Positions 8,686 through 19,522 of a stretch of 64,000 nt of DNA are shown here, in pieces. Source of the DNA: Bacteroidia bacterium (GTDB taxonomy: Bacteria > Bacteroidota > Bacteroidia > NS11-12g > UBA955); contig JBBAKM010000014.1 of the NCBI GenBank assembly GCA_040403495.1, forward strand, positions 614-64,613. The letters run 5' to 3'. The notes beneath the pieces were generated by a model, which saw only the letters and a program-made list of their open reading frames with translations, was not told where the DNA came from and did no database searches. The position numbers and the translations under genes are program-made. The stretch's first letter is position 1; every line of letters begins with the position of its first letter.

Positions 8686-10203
8686 ATGCTCAGGTTTCAC
8701 CTTTTAAAAAAGAACACATTAGTTTGTGTTCTTTTTTTTTGTGTTAGAGAGTGCTTCGCTTCTGGATTAGGGTATTTCAAAATGACAGATTCTCTCTTGA
8801 AAGCGCAAGAGATGATGTACCAATTTAGATTTACGGAAGCACAAAAAGTGGTGGATAATCACAGAAAAAATGAAGTGCATAATTTGGCCATTGATTGGCT
8901 CGATGAGCAGCTCTTGTTTATGCAACTTGTGGTTACGGAAGACAAACAATTGTATGAAAGTAAGCAATTTTTGTGGGGGCAACTGTTCAATAGAATTCAA
9001 AAGAAAAAGATTAACAATGCTTGGTATCGGATGGTGTTGTCCGACTGTTATGTGCATCGCGGTTTGGTAAAAATACGGTTCAATGAGCTTAGTTCAGCAG
9101 CCTCCGATTTTAAATCTGCAAACAAGCTGTTGATTGAAAATAAAACCATGTTTCCCTCGTTTTTGCCTGACAATAAAAACAGTGGATTGTTGCAGTGTTT
9201 GTTCAGTTCAGTGCCAGAAAAATACCAATTTTTTGCCAAAATATTGGGTTTCGAAGGGCAAATGGAAAGCGGACTAAAAGAGATGGAAGAATACATTTAC
9301 TCTCCATTGAATTACAAAGAACATGTGTGGCTCAAGTTTGAAACGGTGTTTGCTTATGCGCTTATACAGCATCACTTACACAAGAATTCACAAGCTGCAT
9401 TTGAAACAATAGATGAGTATTCCAAACGAATGCCCAATACGATGTTTGTCAATTATGCCAAAGCGACATTGGCGGGTTATGCAGGAAAAAATGATTTGGT
9501 GGTTGCATACTTAAGTGTGAAATATCCATACTCATACCAACCATTTTACTATACTTATTATTTGTTGGGATTAGCTAAATTAAGGCAATTAGATACCGAT
9601 GCTGCAACACATTTTGAAGCTTATATCAAACATTACAAAGGGAATAATTTAAAAAAATCGGCATTGCGATATCTCAGTTGGATTGCTGTATTACAAGGAC
9701 AGCCGAAAGTTGCACAACAGTATTATCAACGTTGTATTACAGAGGGAAACGCATTGTCAGAAGAAGACAAGCAAGCGCAGCGTGAAGCCCAAGAAGGTTT
9801 GTTGTGGCCAGTTAAGTTATTGCAAATTCGCCTAAGCTTTGATGGTAAATATTATGATAAAGCTTGGAAATTGTGGCAACAGGTAGAAGTGCAGCAATTG
9901 GGGCATATTAAACACAAGCTTGAACACAATTACCGTAAAGCTAGGCTGTTACAGGAAACCAATCAATCCATTAATGCTATCAAACAATATTTATTGGTTG
10001 TTCAAGAAGGCAAACATTTGCCTTATTATTATGCTGCTTATTCTTCGGTATTTATAGCGCAATTGTACGAAGAGCGCAAGGATATAAAAGCAGCTCAATT
10101 GTATTATTTAAAAGCAAAAAATGAATTTAAAGCCAATCAAGAGTACACCCAAACCATCAATCAAAAAGCAAAAGCAGGTTTAAAACGATTGCAAGTGCGG
10201 TAA
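8686..10203 (+). CDS. TPR-like helical repeat protein
   Basis: 505-aa ORF with TPR-like segments (YYLLGLAKL, YRKARLL, AQLYEE). Confidence 0.65.
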   Translation: MLRFHLLKKNTLVCVLFFCVRECFASGLGYFKMTDSLLKAQEMMYQFRFTEAQKVVDNHRKNEVHNLAIDWLDEQLLFMQLVVTEDKQLYESKQFLWGQLFNRIQKKKINNAWYRMVLSDCYVHRGLVKIRFNELSSAASDFKSANKLLIENKTMFPSFLPDNKNSGLLQCLFSSVPEKYQFFAKILGFEGQMESGLKEMEEYIYSPLNYKEHVWLKFETVFAYALIQHHLHKNSQAAFETIDEYSKRMPNTMFVNYAKATLAGYAGKNDLVVAYLSVKYPYSYQPFYYTYYLLGLAKLRQLDTDAATHFEAYIKHYKGNNLKKSALRYLSWIAVLQGQPKVAQQYYQRCITEGNALSEEDKQAQREAQEGLLWPVKLLQIRLSFDGKYYDKAWKLWQQVEVQQLGHIKHKLEHNYRKARLLQETNQSINAIKQYLLVVQEGKHLPYYYAAYSSVFIAQLYEERKDIKAAQLYYLKAKNEFKANQEYTQTINQKAKAGLKRLQVR

Positions 10204-10596
10204 ATAAATTATCAAGTAAGTATTTGCAGCATAGTAATTGAAATTTTGACGTTAGTCATTTTATCAAAACTAAAATCTACAACGAATTATAAAATGGTAA
10301 TTTATTTCAACTTTTTTCTTATTATCAAAAATAAATGACGTTTTTTGAGCATATTGTCACAAATAATTAGTTAAAATATAGTAAAAAAGGCTCATTTTAA
10401 CAGAAAAAAACATAAGTATATAAACTCAATTTAAGAAAAAGTTTATTACACAATCAAGTTATAAATAAGATATTAAGTAATTGATATTTAATTATTTAAT
10501 ATTTTTTTGTTAATTTATAAAAAAATTGATACATAAAATAATTCTTGTTTTTCTCATTTTCTTTTTTGAAAATTTAGAAAACAATTTTTTAAATAT

Positions 10597-11826
10597 ATGA
10601 ACTTATTATCAAACACATCACTAACTTTTCAAAAGAGATTAACAAAACTTTTTAACTTTTCTTTCTTATTTTTGTCTTTAACTATGATTACAGACTTATG
10701 CTCTCAAACCCCTGGAACATGGAACGGTAATTCAGCTCCAAGTATTCCACAGAATGGACCTACATTAAGTTCAACATCTTCAGACAACAACTCTGTGGGA
10801 ATCGGTACCAATAATCCAAAAGCTTGGCTTGAAATAAATTATTGCCCTGATCAAAATAAAGGACTGTTGATTATGAAAAATAATAGTTGTAATCCATTCC
10901 CATGGCTACAATCAAACGATTTAGGAGACATTTTTAAACCTTTTGCAAGCTTACCCATCGTAACTCCAATAGGACAAGAGCATTCAACTTTAATTGACTT
11001 AACTTATTATCCGACTTTAACTCTACCACAAAATGGAATAATAGGCACAACTGGAGGGGGCGGCGTAATGGCAATTTCACCAACTCCTCAACCGTTAATG
11101 ACAGCAAAAACTTATGATCCAAATGACCCAACTTTAGATGCAACAAGATTTTTAGTTACACCTTCGGGAAATACTGGTATAAACATGCCATCACCAAGGG
11201 TTTCATTAGATGTTAGAAGTGGAAATTTAAAAAATTTACCAACTGCTATTTTTGGAATAAATAGTTCTAATGCAACCAATAGTTATACTAAACACATGCA
11301 TTTTGTATCAAACTTATCAAACTCAGGTTTCAACAATATTTCAAAGGATCAAGACCAAGGACTGTTTTTTACTGATGGTATGGGTATTAATGGTTCGAAT
11401 TTAAATGTAAACTCAGGATTTGTAATAGCACCTTGGGGTGGAAACGGTCAAGGCGGACTTAGAATGGAAGCCAATGGCAACACAGAACTAAGAGGCAACT
11501 TACGTGCTACTAAAATGGTGGTTAACGCCCAATGGTGGCCCGATTTTGTATTTCATAGCAATTATAACTTAATGCCATTGAGTGAAGTAGCAAAATTTAT
11601 CAATACCAAACACCATTTGCCGGGTATGCCAAGTCAAGACAGCGTGATGAATAGCGGACAAGATGTTGGAGAATTACAAAAACTGCAACAACAAAAGATA
11701 GAAGAACTAACACTATACACCATACAACAAGACGAGCAATTGAAAGCTCAAGAAGCTGATTTGAAAGAGCAAAAAGCCAAATTGGATGCTTTGGAAGCAA
11801 AATTAAACGCCATCCTTAATAAATAA
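10597..11826 (+). CDS. Secreted fibre-like protein with C-terminal S74-chaperone-like domain and coiled coil
   Basis: Signal-like N-terminus; VGIGTNNP and TGINMPSP repeats; WWPDFVF..YNLMPLSEV..FI..HHLPGMPS..QKIEELTLY followed by a heptad coil. Confidence 0.7.
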   Translation: MNLLSNTSLTFQKRLTKLFNFSFLFLSLTMITDLCSQTPGTWNGNSAPSIPQNGPTLSSTSSDNNSVGIGTNNPKAWLEINYCPDQNKGLLIMKNNSCNPFPWLQSNDLGDIFKPFASLPIVTPIGQEHSTLIDLTYYPTLTLPQNGIIGTTGGGGVMAISPTPQPLMTAKTYDPNDPTLDATRFLVTPSGNTGINMPSPRVSLDVRSGNLKNLPTAIFGINSSNATNSYTKHMHFVSNLSNSGFNNISKDQDQGLFFTDGMGINGSNLNVNSGFVIAPWGGNGQGGLRMEANGNTELRGNLRATKMVVNAQWWPDFVFHSNYNLMPLSEVAKFINTKHHLPGMPSQDSVMNSGQDVGELQKLQQQKIEELTLYTIQQDEQLKAQEADLKEQKAKLDALEAKLNAILNK

Positions 11827-11831
11827 GTTTT

Positions 11832-12650
11832 ATGAAAACTTTATTAAAATTAACACTAGCTATGTTTGTGTTGGTGTTTTTTAGCACTTGCAAAAAGGAG
11901 TGTTGCCAAGACCCGACAAATCCTGAATGTGAGAATTATGACCCTTGTAAGGCCAAATCAAAAGTACTTGCTACATTTAAATCTTTTGTATATTTATATG
12001 GACCAAACTCAGAAGTTTATACAGACGCATACAGAGAAGTGGATACATTAGGTTTAGGTGGCACAATAGATTTTATATCAGATAATCAAAATTATAAGTC
12101 TTATGAATGGATTATAGGTACAGACCCCAAACATAGATTTGGAAAAAAAATTTCCGTGTCATTTAACTTTACCAATAAACAAACAGTGCCAATCACTTTA
12201 ATTGTGGAAGGTAGTGCAGAAAAAAACTGTCAAAACAAACAAGATTTTAGAGATACATTTACTAAATATATACATTTTACCAATTTAAGTAAGCTTGCTC
12301 TCAATGGAAAATATAGAGGAGCTTTCACCAATGACCCTAACAATATATTTGAAGTAAATATTTACCTTTTAGACAATGTAAATGAGACAAGTTGGATTTC
12401 TGGGTTGCCAGTTTCAACGAATAGTAATACCGGTAGATTTGGAGATACTGCGGTAAGATTAATAAGTGGTATAAATAATTTTTGTTTTTTTACAAATGGT
12501 GGAGGGATGAATAATCCTGAAGGTACAATTGAATTAAATAGCAAAACAAATGAACTAACTATTGACACAAGGCAAATATATCCTTGGCCAAGTCAAAATA
12601 ATCAATCACTGTATTTAAGAAGACAATTTAAAGGAAAAAAAATTAAATAA
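11832..12650 (+). CDS. Hypothetical lipoprotein with Cys-rich N-terminus and PKD-like segment
   Basis: Lipobox FFSTC, then KKECCQDPTNPECENYDPC; SYEWIIGTD. Confidence 0.7.
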   Translation: MKTLLKLTLAMFVLVFFSTCKKECCQDPTNPECENYDPCKAKSKVLATFKSFVYLYGPNSEVYTDAYREVDTLGLGGTIDFISDNQNYKSYEWIIGTDPKHRFGKKISVSFNFTNKQTVPITLIVEGSAEKNCQNKQDFRDTFTKYIHFTNLSKLALNGKYRGAFTNDPNNIFEVNIYLLDNVNETSWISGLPVSTNSNTGRFGDTAVRLISGINNFCFFTNGGGMNNPEGTIELNSKTNELTIDTRQIYPWPSQNNQSLYLRRQFKGKKIK

Positions 12651-12652
12651 TT

Positions 12653-15211
12653 ATGAAAAGAAACATTTTAAAATATATAGTTACATTAATAACATGTGTG
12701 TCAACAACACATATTATCGCTCAGTCAAATAATTGCAATACATCAATAATTAAAACAGACCCAGATAATTATTTTCACCCAAATGATCCTAATGGAGATT
12801 TAAAATGGGATTGGAGAGGCAATATAGAATATCCGATTTATTTAAAAACAAGTCCAACTACTGCTGTTAACTTAAATTTAAAATCACCATTTTGGGCAGA
12901 CAATACTTTTAATGCACAAAATAATGTTGATTTTTTAAGAATAAACATTGTTAAAGATTACGAACCAATAGATGGTTGGGAACTGGTTTATAAAAATTTT
13001 GGTATTTCAGGAAATGTAAATGATGCAGTAGCTGACCCTTCTTTTGCTTTATACAATAAATTTACTGGTATATTAAGGTATTTTATTTATGTAACAAGTA
13101 ATCCAGGTGCATATAACAGTGCAAGGATAAATTTAACTTATGATTTGGCATTTGGGTTAAACTCGAAGGTTTCTTATAACTTAACAGATAATATTGACAA
13201 AAAAGTTGCTCTAGATAAAAGAATCTATAACATAACTGCATCAAAAATAAATTATTTCGCAAACCAATATGGGTATTGGTTGCATGCAGATTTCCCAATA
13301 ACTTACGACCCTTGTGTGTGTCAACATTTGTCAATTATGTATTTAGAAGCAAAGATTATAACAACTGGAGATATAACGCTTGAAATTCAAGGAAAAGCAA
13401 AACAAGAAATTGTTAAAAATGGAAGTATTTCTAATAATCCGAATGATTTAGCTTCAATTTTAAATGAAATTGGAAACGCTTTTAAAGCAGGAAATGCAAA
13501 ATACAAAAACTGGAGTGAGTTTAAAACAAATTTAGAAAATACTATTTATACTCAAAATGACCAATTGAAAACTGAAATACAAAATGATATTGGCAAATTC
13601 CCGGAATGGGCCAAAGTAATACCAGAAGTAGGCAGATATCTTGGAATAATTGAATATTTTGTAGGTGGAGGAAGTAGTGCCCCCAAACCAATTGCACCTA
13701 TGAGTTTTGATGTTTCTCTTAAAACAACAAGTAATAGTAAAATTGAAACTTCTGACCCATATGGAGGAGTTAAGTTTTATACACCTGGTTCAAATCATAT
13801 AAATAATAGTGGAAATTTCAAACCTGTTTATGATGAACCTCTAGGTGTTTTTAATCTAATAGAAACACCTGTATTGCAGGTTATACCAATAGCCTCAAAT
13901 CCTGTTGCATTATTTGGAACTGGAGTTTGTTTAAATGGACAAAAAAATGACTTAGGTGAAAATGTTTTACCTATGAATCAATTTTTCCCCAACATTAGAC
14001 ATTATAAAGTTAAAAATAATCTCAAATACGTCATTAATCCAAGTTCAGAATTAGAAGTAATAAGTATCGAATCCCAAATAGTATTTCAACCCAGTACAAA
14101 TTTTGTTAATCAAAGAATTTGCAAAACAAGTTCAAAAATGTTTAGAGGGCCAGTAGAGGTTGGTCCTTTAAATATCAATGTTCCTTATATGGATAGAATG
14201 AAATTGCTAGGCCTTAACATTGATTATTGGCCAGATGATAAAACAACAATATCTGATGACGACAATATCAAAGACATCATTTACTCTACAAGATTATTGC
14301 CTAGTTCGTGTTTTGATGAGACCTCATTTAAGGTTTTTCACATACTTGGAGATGAGGAAAAGATGTTCTGTAAAGTTGTTGTAAAATTAAAACGAAAGGA
14401 TGGATTAGGTCAAGAGATATTGATGATTAAAACTTACAAATTAGATTTTGAATTATTTGAAGAAGGTCTTACAAATCAGCTTTATCAAGTTTCTGGCCCT
14501 CAAAGTGGCCCACTTAGTTGTGACATGAGTGAAAATTATGTTTCATCTGTTCCAAGCACACTATTTAGTAACACATTATCAGAAACAATTCCAGAAAACT
14601 TGGATTTAAGTGGGGTTGATTTAAGTCAAATTACTGCAAATGAAATAATTTTCAAGGCATGGAACAAAATCGTCATAGGCGATAATTTTATTTTCCCTAA
14701 TGCTGCAAAAATAAAATTTATAGCGGGTAAAAGTATTGAAACTGACCCAAATGTCCAAACACCTTCAAATGTAACAGTTGAGTATTTAATTGAATTGCCA
14801 ACAAATTGTCAACCTTTATTAAGCAATTCCAATCATTTAATAAATGATTTTTGTGCAAATATATATGAACCTCTGCCCTTAAGCATTCCATTTGTATTAA
14901 ACGAAGAACAGCAAGAAAATATTGATAGTATTTCAGAAAATGATTTAAACAAATTCCCATTTTTAGTAATACTCGCCCCCAACCCTACCACTGCTAACTT
15001 CACCATTTCTATCTTTAACAACAATGAACAAGATTACAGCATTGCATTAATGGATGTTACGGGCAAAGTGTTGTTTAATAACAACTACAATGGTAAACAA
15101 ACCTCTCAACACATAGAAACGAATGGTTTGGCTGCAGGTATTTATTTTGTTAGAATTACATGCGGCAATACCCAAAAAACTGAGAAACTGATAATTCATA
15201 ATAATCAATAA
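12653..15211 (+). CDS. Large secreted protein of unknown function with T9SS type A C-terminal domain
   Basis: Signal peptide; C-terminal APNPTT...MDVTGK...GLAAGIYFVRI...KLII. Paralog of 46247-49294. Confidence 0.8.
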   Translation: MKRNILKYIVTLITCVSTTHIIAQSNNCNTSIIKTDPDNYFHPNDPNGDLKWDWRGNIEYPIYLKTSPTTAVNLNLKSPFWADNTFNAQNNVDFLRINIVKDYEPIDGWELVYKNFGISGNVNDAVADPSFALYNKFTGILRYFIYVTSNPGAYNSARINLTYDLAFGLNSKVSYNLTDNIDKKVALDKRIYNITASKINYFANQYGYWLHADFPITYDPCVCQHLSIMYLEAKIITTGDITLEIQGKAKQEIVKNGSISNNPNDLASILNEIGNAFKAGNAKYKNWSEFKTNLENTIYTQNDQLKTEIQNDIGKFPEWAKVIPEVGRYLGIIEYFVGGGSSAPKPIAPMSFDVSLKTTSNSKIETSDPYGGVKFYTPGSNHINNSGNFKPVYDEPLGVFNLIETPVLQVIPIASNPVALFGTGVCLNGQKNDLGENVLPMNQFFPNIRHYKVKNNLKYVINPSSELEVISIESQIVFQPSTNFVNQRICKTSSKMFRGPVEVGPLNINVPYMDRMKLLGLNIDYWPDDKTTISDDDNIKDIIYSTRLLPSSCFDETSFKVFHILGDEEKMFCKVVVKLKRKDGLGQEILMIKTYKLDFELFEEGLTNQLYQVSGPQSGPLSCDMSENYVSSVPSTLFSNTLSETIPENLDLSGVDLSQITANEIIFKAWNKIVIGDNFIFPNAAKIKFIAGKSIETDPNVQTPSNVTVEYLIELPTNCQPLLSNSNHLINDFCANIYEPLPLSIPFVLNEEQQENIDSISENDLNKFPFLVILAPNPTTANFTISIFNNNEQDYSIALMDVTGKVLFNNNYNGKQTSQHIETNGLAAGIYFVRITCGNTQKTEKLIIHNNQ

Positions 15212-15333
15212 TGCCTTGTTTAGATATAATAAAGTCCAATGTGTTGGACTTTGTTATATCTCTTTTAGTTATTCCAATCAAATTTGTATTTATCGGATTT
15301 TTTATTGTATATTTATTGAATATTTTATAAAAG

Positions 15334-16119
15334 ATGATTCACCGTGTGTTTTTGCCCCAACTTTTAAATGTTTTGAAACTCAGTTTCTTTGTTTTTGCCT
15401 ATTTCTGTGTGGGATTTCTTGCGGCCCAAAATGACAGTAAATCCAGCAAAAATGACAACCCAAATAACAATGATAAAAATGGTTTAAGTAACACCAAACC
15501 TGTATTTTATATTGGGGTTGGAAAAGGCATTTCTACTCCCTTCTATAAAGGGAACTCTTTGTTTAGTTCACCCTATATTGAAAATGCAATTAAAGCAAAT
15601 GTTTATTACAAGCGCATTGGTATCAGCTATACTTGGAATATTGGATTACAAAGGCATATTCATTACAAAATTGTAAATTATCATTCCAATAATCGGGTTG
15701 CAGGCGTTTATAACTACAATGAATTTATGGACAATCGCAGTAATCGCCTTGCTTTTAATTATCAGATTCTTCAAAATAAACACATTAATATATACACTCA
15801 GTTAGGATTGGAATGGTCTAAAACGACTCATGAATTTGATAAATATTTTGATTTTTTTGATTCAACGGGCAAACAAGTTTTTCCCGCTCAAAAAATTAAT
15901 AACCTACCGTTTCATCAAAATAATTATTTGCTTAATGCAGGTTTGAATATTCAGTACAAACTTTTGAATTCGATGTTTTTACTACATTATACCTTGCAAT
16001 ATCACCATCCTATGAATGTCAATAACTTTCAAAGTAATAATGGGTTTCATAGAATATCCAATGAACTTGGCTTGACTCTTAATCTTTCAAAATTCATAAA
16101 AAAAATAAAAACGCTTTAG
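15334..16119 (+). CDS. Hypothetical outer-membrane beta-barrel-like protein
   Basis: Signal peptide, N/D-rich linker, alternating aromatic strands, terminal ELGLTLNL. Confidence 0.55.
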   Translation: MIHRVFLPQLLNVLKLSFFVFAYFCVGFLAAQNDSKSSKNDNPNNNDKNGLSNTKPVFYIGVGKGISTPFYKGNSLFSSPYIENAIKANVYYKRIGISYTWNIGLQRHIHYKIVNYHSNNRVAGVYNYNEFMDNRSNRLAFNYQILQNKHINIYTQLGLEWSKTTHEFDKYFDFFDSTGKQVFPAQKINNLPFHQNNYLLNAGLNIQYKLLNSMFLLHYTLQYHHPMNVNNFQSNNGFHRISNELGLTLNLSKFIKKIKTL

Positions 16120-16240
16120 GGATTTTTGGTTTGATTCTTATATAAATAAGTCCATTGGAGTAACAGAATAAATAATTCCCATCTATTTTTTATCCTTAAT
16201 ATTTAGCGTAATTTTGAAAAAATTTTATTAACAAACAGAT

Positions 16241-16738
16241 ATGCAATACAAAGTAATTACCTTACATTACAACTTATTTAAAGACAACGAAGCGGGTGAA
16301 TCCATTGAATCTTCGGCAGGAAAACAACCGCTAACTTTTATGAGTGGAGTAGGTCAAATGATACCCGATTTTGAAAACAACGTAGTCGGTTTAAATGCAG
16401 GGGACACATTTTCTTTTGGTATTGCAGCCATTGATGCTTACGGTGAGCGTACCGATGAAGCAATTATAGATTTAGATCAAGAAATGTTTAAAAAAGATGG
16501 TGAACTAATGGAAGAAGTTGCTTTAGGTAACGTCATCCCGCTTCAAGACCAAGAAGGTAGAATGGTTCCCGCTACTATTTTAGCGATTAATGAAACCACT
16601 GTTACGGTTGACGTAAATCATCCTTTGGCGGGTCAAGATTTGCATTTTACAGGTGAAGTTTTGGAAGTGAGAGAAGCTACAGGCGAAGAAATTAGTCACG
16701 GTCATGTGCATGGTCCAGGTGGGCATCAGCACGATTAA
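16241..16738 (+). CDS. slyD: FKBP-type peptidyl-prolyl isomerase SlyD
   Basis: AYGE, VDVNHPLAGQDLHF, His-rich tail HGHVHGPGGHQHD. Confidence 0.93.
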   Translation: MQYKVITLHYNLFKDNEAGESIESSAGKQPLTFMSGVGQMIPDFENNVVGLNAGDTFSFGIAAIDAYGERTDEAIIDLDQEMFKKDGELMEEVALGNVIPLQDQEGRMVPATILAINETTVTVDVNHPLAGQDLHFTGEVLEVREATGEEISHGHVHGPGGHQHD

Positions 16739-16776
16739 TTCACTTAATACAAAGTATTTCAAAAAGGCTATTATTT

Positions 16777-18354
16777 TTAATAGCCTTTTTTTGCGACTAA
16801 TTTTACCAACGTGCCAAGTAACAATGCAATGGCAATAAATGAAGCCATTTTCCCTAATATGTTTCCATATTTTACATAAAAGGTTTGGATATTGTTTGGT
16901 CTAATCGTGCACTCAAAAGCCGTTAGTTCATTGTATTTTGTTTGGGTTGTTATTTTACCAAATTTATTGATTTTTGCCGAAATACCTGTGTTAGCACTGC
17001 GAACCATTTCTTTGCGCGTTTCAATGCATCTTATAGCACCAAAGAGTAAATGCTGTTTGTGTCCATCTGTATTCCCCCACCAAGCATCGTTGGTAATAAC
17101 AGCAAGCATATTGGCACCTTGTCTTACAAAGTCCGCCACATAATCGCCATAGATGGATTCGTAACAAATCAATGGACTTATAGAATAGTTGCTGTCTAAA
17201 TGAAAGTTAATTGGTTTTTTGCTTGTTCCTAAACTGCCTGAAGTTCCTCCCAAGTCAATACTTAGTTGTTCTAAAAAACTAAAAGGCATTTTCTCCACAC
17301 CGGGAACTAATTTTGATTTGTGGTAATATTCAGAGACCTTGCCTTCTTTAAAACTTAAAGCGGTATTGTAGGCATCCCACCACAATTCAGAATCTTCTTC
17401 ATAGCGCGCAGATATAGTAGGGCGCTCTTTTTCACCATCATAAGTTTCGTATGATTCAGCGCCTGAGATAATCATTAAGTTATTAGAATCGGTCAATTCT
17501 TTAATCGATTTAATATTACTACTCTCATTTATTTGATGAATATTGTTGTATCCTACAATGGCTGTTTCGGGGAAAATCAGTAAACGTGTTTTGGATTTAA
17601 TAAGTGGTTTTGCAATATTTATTCCTTGATTGATTTGTTCCTCCGGTGATAAATAGCGCGAACCTGACTCGAATTTTTCTTCGTATGGGTCAATATTAGG
17701 TTGAACCACTACACAATGGATGCCTGTCCCTTTTTCAATGGTAAAACGGCTAAAGGAAATAGCGTATGACAAACCAATGGTAAATCCTAATAATGCCAAT
17801 ACTTGCCAAATTTGTTTGTATGCTTTGCTAATAATGACTTTTGCAACCATTATGTTAGCAATTAGTATCAGTAAAGTGCCCCCCATTTCGCCTGTAAACT
17901 CATACCATTGTATGAACTCGGTTCCTCTAGCCAACCCTTTGCCCAAAGTTAGCCAAGGCCAACTTGCACTCCAGTTGAAATGGAAATACTCCATGGCTAT
18001 GTAGTAAAAAACCAATGATTGATAGCCTGTTTTAGGAAGCGTATTTTGGGTTAATGAAAACAGGAAAAAAGGAATGCTTAGAATTAAAGAATTCAAAACA
18101 AGCATAATGACAGCACCACTATCACTGGCATTCCATACCCACCATGTGGAACCAACATTGAAAATAAATAAACTTAAATAACTCCAAGCCCAAAATTTGA
18201 GATGTTTTTTTCTCGAGTTTTTTAATTGTTCGTGAATTAATAACAGAGGAACGAAGCCAATAAGGAGTAAAAAATAAGTATATAATGGAGGCCAAGCGAT
18301 ATACAAAAGAACACCGCTGAGTAGTGATAGATAAAGAGGTTTAATTGATTTCAT
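16777..18354 (-). CDS. lnt: Apolipoprotein N-acyltransferase
   Basis: Multi-TM N-terminus; nitrilase triad motifs FPETA, KSKLVPGVE, ICYESIY; ITNDAWWG, RSANTGIS. Confidence 0.95.
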   Translation of the reverse strand: MKSIKPLYLSLLSGVLLYIAWPPLYTYFLLLIGFVPLLLIHEQLKNSRKKHLKFWAWSYLSLFIFNVGSTWWVWNASDSGAVIMLVLNSLILSIPFFLFSLTQNTLPKTGYQSLVFYYIAMEYFHFNWSASWPWLTLGKGLARGTEFIQWYEFTGEMGGTLLILIANIMVAKVIISKAYKQIWQVLALLGFTIGLSYAISFSRFTIEKGTGIHCVVVQPNIDPYEEKFESGSRYLSPEEQINQGINIAKPLIKSKTRLLIFPETAIVGYNNIHQINESSNIKSIKELTDSNNLMIISGAESYETYDGEKERPTISARYEEDSELWWDAYNTALSFKEGKVSEYYHKSKLVPGVEKMPFSFLEQLSIDLGGTSGSLGTSKKPINFHLDSNYSISPLICYESIYGDYVADFVRQGANMLAVITNDAWWGNTDGHKQHLLFGAIRCIETRKEMVRSANTGISAKINKFGKITTQTKYNELTAFECTIRPNNIQTFYVKYGNILGKMASFIAIALLLGTLVKLVAKKGY

Positions 18355-19033
18355 CGGTATTGCCTTGTATTACTATTACAAATTCTCCTTTAGGGGCTTT
18401 TTTGTTGAAGTGGATTTGAGCTTCTTGTAAAGTGCCATAAAAAGTTTCTTCGAACATTTTGCTCAGTTCTCTTGAAATAGCCACTTTTCTGTCGTCACCA
18501 AGCGCCAATGCCAAATCCTTTAATGTGGTCAGGAGTTTGTACGGACTCTCGTACATAACGATTGTTCTGAACTCTAACTTCATTTGTTCTAATCTGGTTT
18601 TTCGTCCTTTTTTTACAGGAATAAATCCTTCGAAAATAAAACGATCGGTCGGCATGCCGCTTTTTACCAAAGCAGGGATAAGAGCCGTGGCTCCAGGTAA
18701 ACATTCCACTTTAATATTCTCTTCGATACACGCCCTAACAATCAAAAAACCGGGGTCGCTGATTCCGGGAGTGCCCGCATCGGTTACCATAGCCATTGTT
18801 TTGCCCGCATTGAGCTGGTGAATAACGTCTTTGTATTTGTCGTGTTCATTGTGTGCATGATAACTTTGCATGGGTTTGTCAATGCTATAATACTTCAATA
18901 ATTGACCAGTATTTCGGGTGTCTTCTGCCAAAATTATATCACAAGACTGAAGAATTTCGAGGGCTCTAAGTGTTATGTCTTTTAAATTCCCAATCGGTGT
19001 AGGAACTAATATTAATTTTCCTTTTTCTTCCAT
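18341..19033 (-). CDS. rsmI: 16S rRNA (cytidine1402-2'-O)-methyltransferase
   Basis: LVPTPIGNLKDIT, AEDTR, DAGTPGISDPG, YESPY, RELSKMFEE. Confidence 0.96.
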   Translation of the reverse strand: MEEKGKLILVPTPIGNLKDITLRALEILQSCDIILAEDTRNTGQLLKYYSIDKPMQSYHAHNEHDKYKDVIHQLNAGKTMAMVTDAGTPGISDPGFLIVRACIEENIKVECLPGATALIPALVKSGMPTDRFIFEGFIPVKKGRKTRLEQMKLEFRTIVMYESPYKLLTTLKDLALALGDDRKVAISRELSKMFEETFYGTLQEAQIHFNKKAPKGEFVIVIQGNTDEIN

Positions 19034-19040
19034 AATTCTA

Positions 19041-19478
19041 TTAAGGAACAATTTGAATTTTCAATAATCCTTTTGCAACAAATAATACTAAACTCCAAAT
19101 TAATACAGAGGAAATCTGTAAACGTAAAACTCTGTTTCTGTCGTTTTCAAAAGCAGAACTTATAATACATCCCACCGGTATACTAATAATTACAGGCGTA
19201 ATAAAAGCGATACCAATTAATCCATAACCATTTTTGATTTTGATAAGTTTACGCAACTTACTTCGTTTCATTTTAAAGAAATTGTACTTCTCTAGTTTTT
19301 TAGAAATAGCAGCTCCTAAAAAGGTGAAAACCAATACGCCGAATGTGCCGCCGGCCATTACAATAAGCATATCCCAATACCAAGCTCTACTTGAAATAAC
19401 AAGTAATTTAGTAACTGCGATTACAAACTTAACCGAAGCAACTAAAAACCATACAATGATGTCCCAAAAATCTTCCAT
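19041..19478 (-). CDS. Small multi-pass membrane protein
   Basis: Hydrophobic 145-aa ORF, YGLIGIAFITPVIISIPVG. Confidence 0.65.
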   Translation of the reverse strand: MEDFWDIIVWFLVASVKFVIAVTKLLVISSRAWYWDMLIVMAGGTFGVLVFTFLGAAISKKLEKYNFFKMKRSKLRKLIKIKNGYGLIGIAFITPVIISIPVGCIISSAFENDRNRVLRLQISSVLIWSLVLFVAKGLLKIQIVP

Positions 19479-19522
19479 TATTTACAAATGGCGAAGTTAA
19501 TGGAATTTATTTAATTGCGTCA

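Noticed and set aside
10597-11826. Prophage tail fibre indicating a prophage
   Set aside because: No capsid, terminase, integrase or other phage genes; the protein has a signal-like N-terminus and sits with T9SS cargo.
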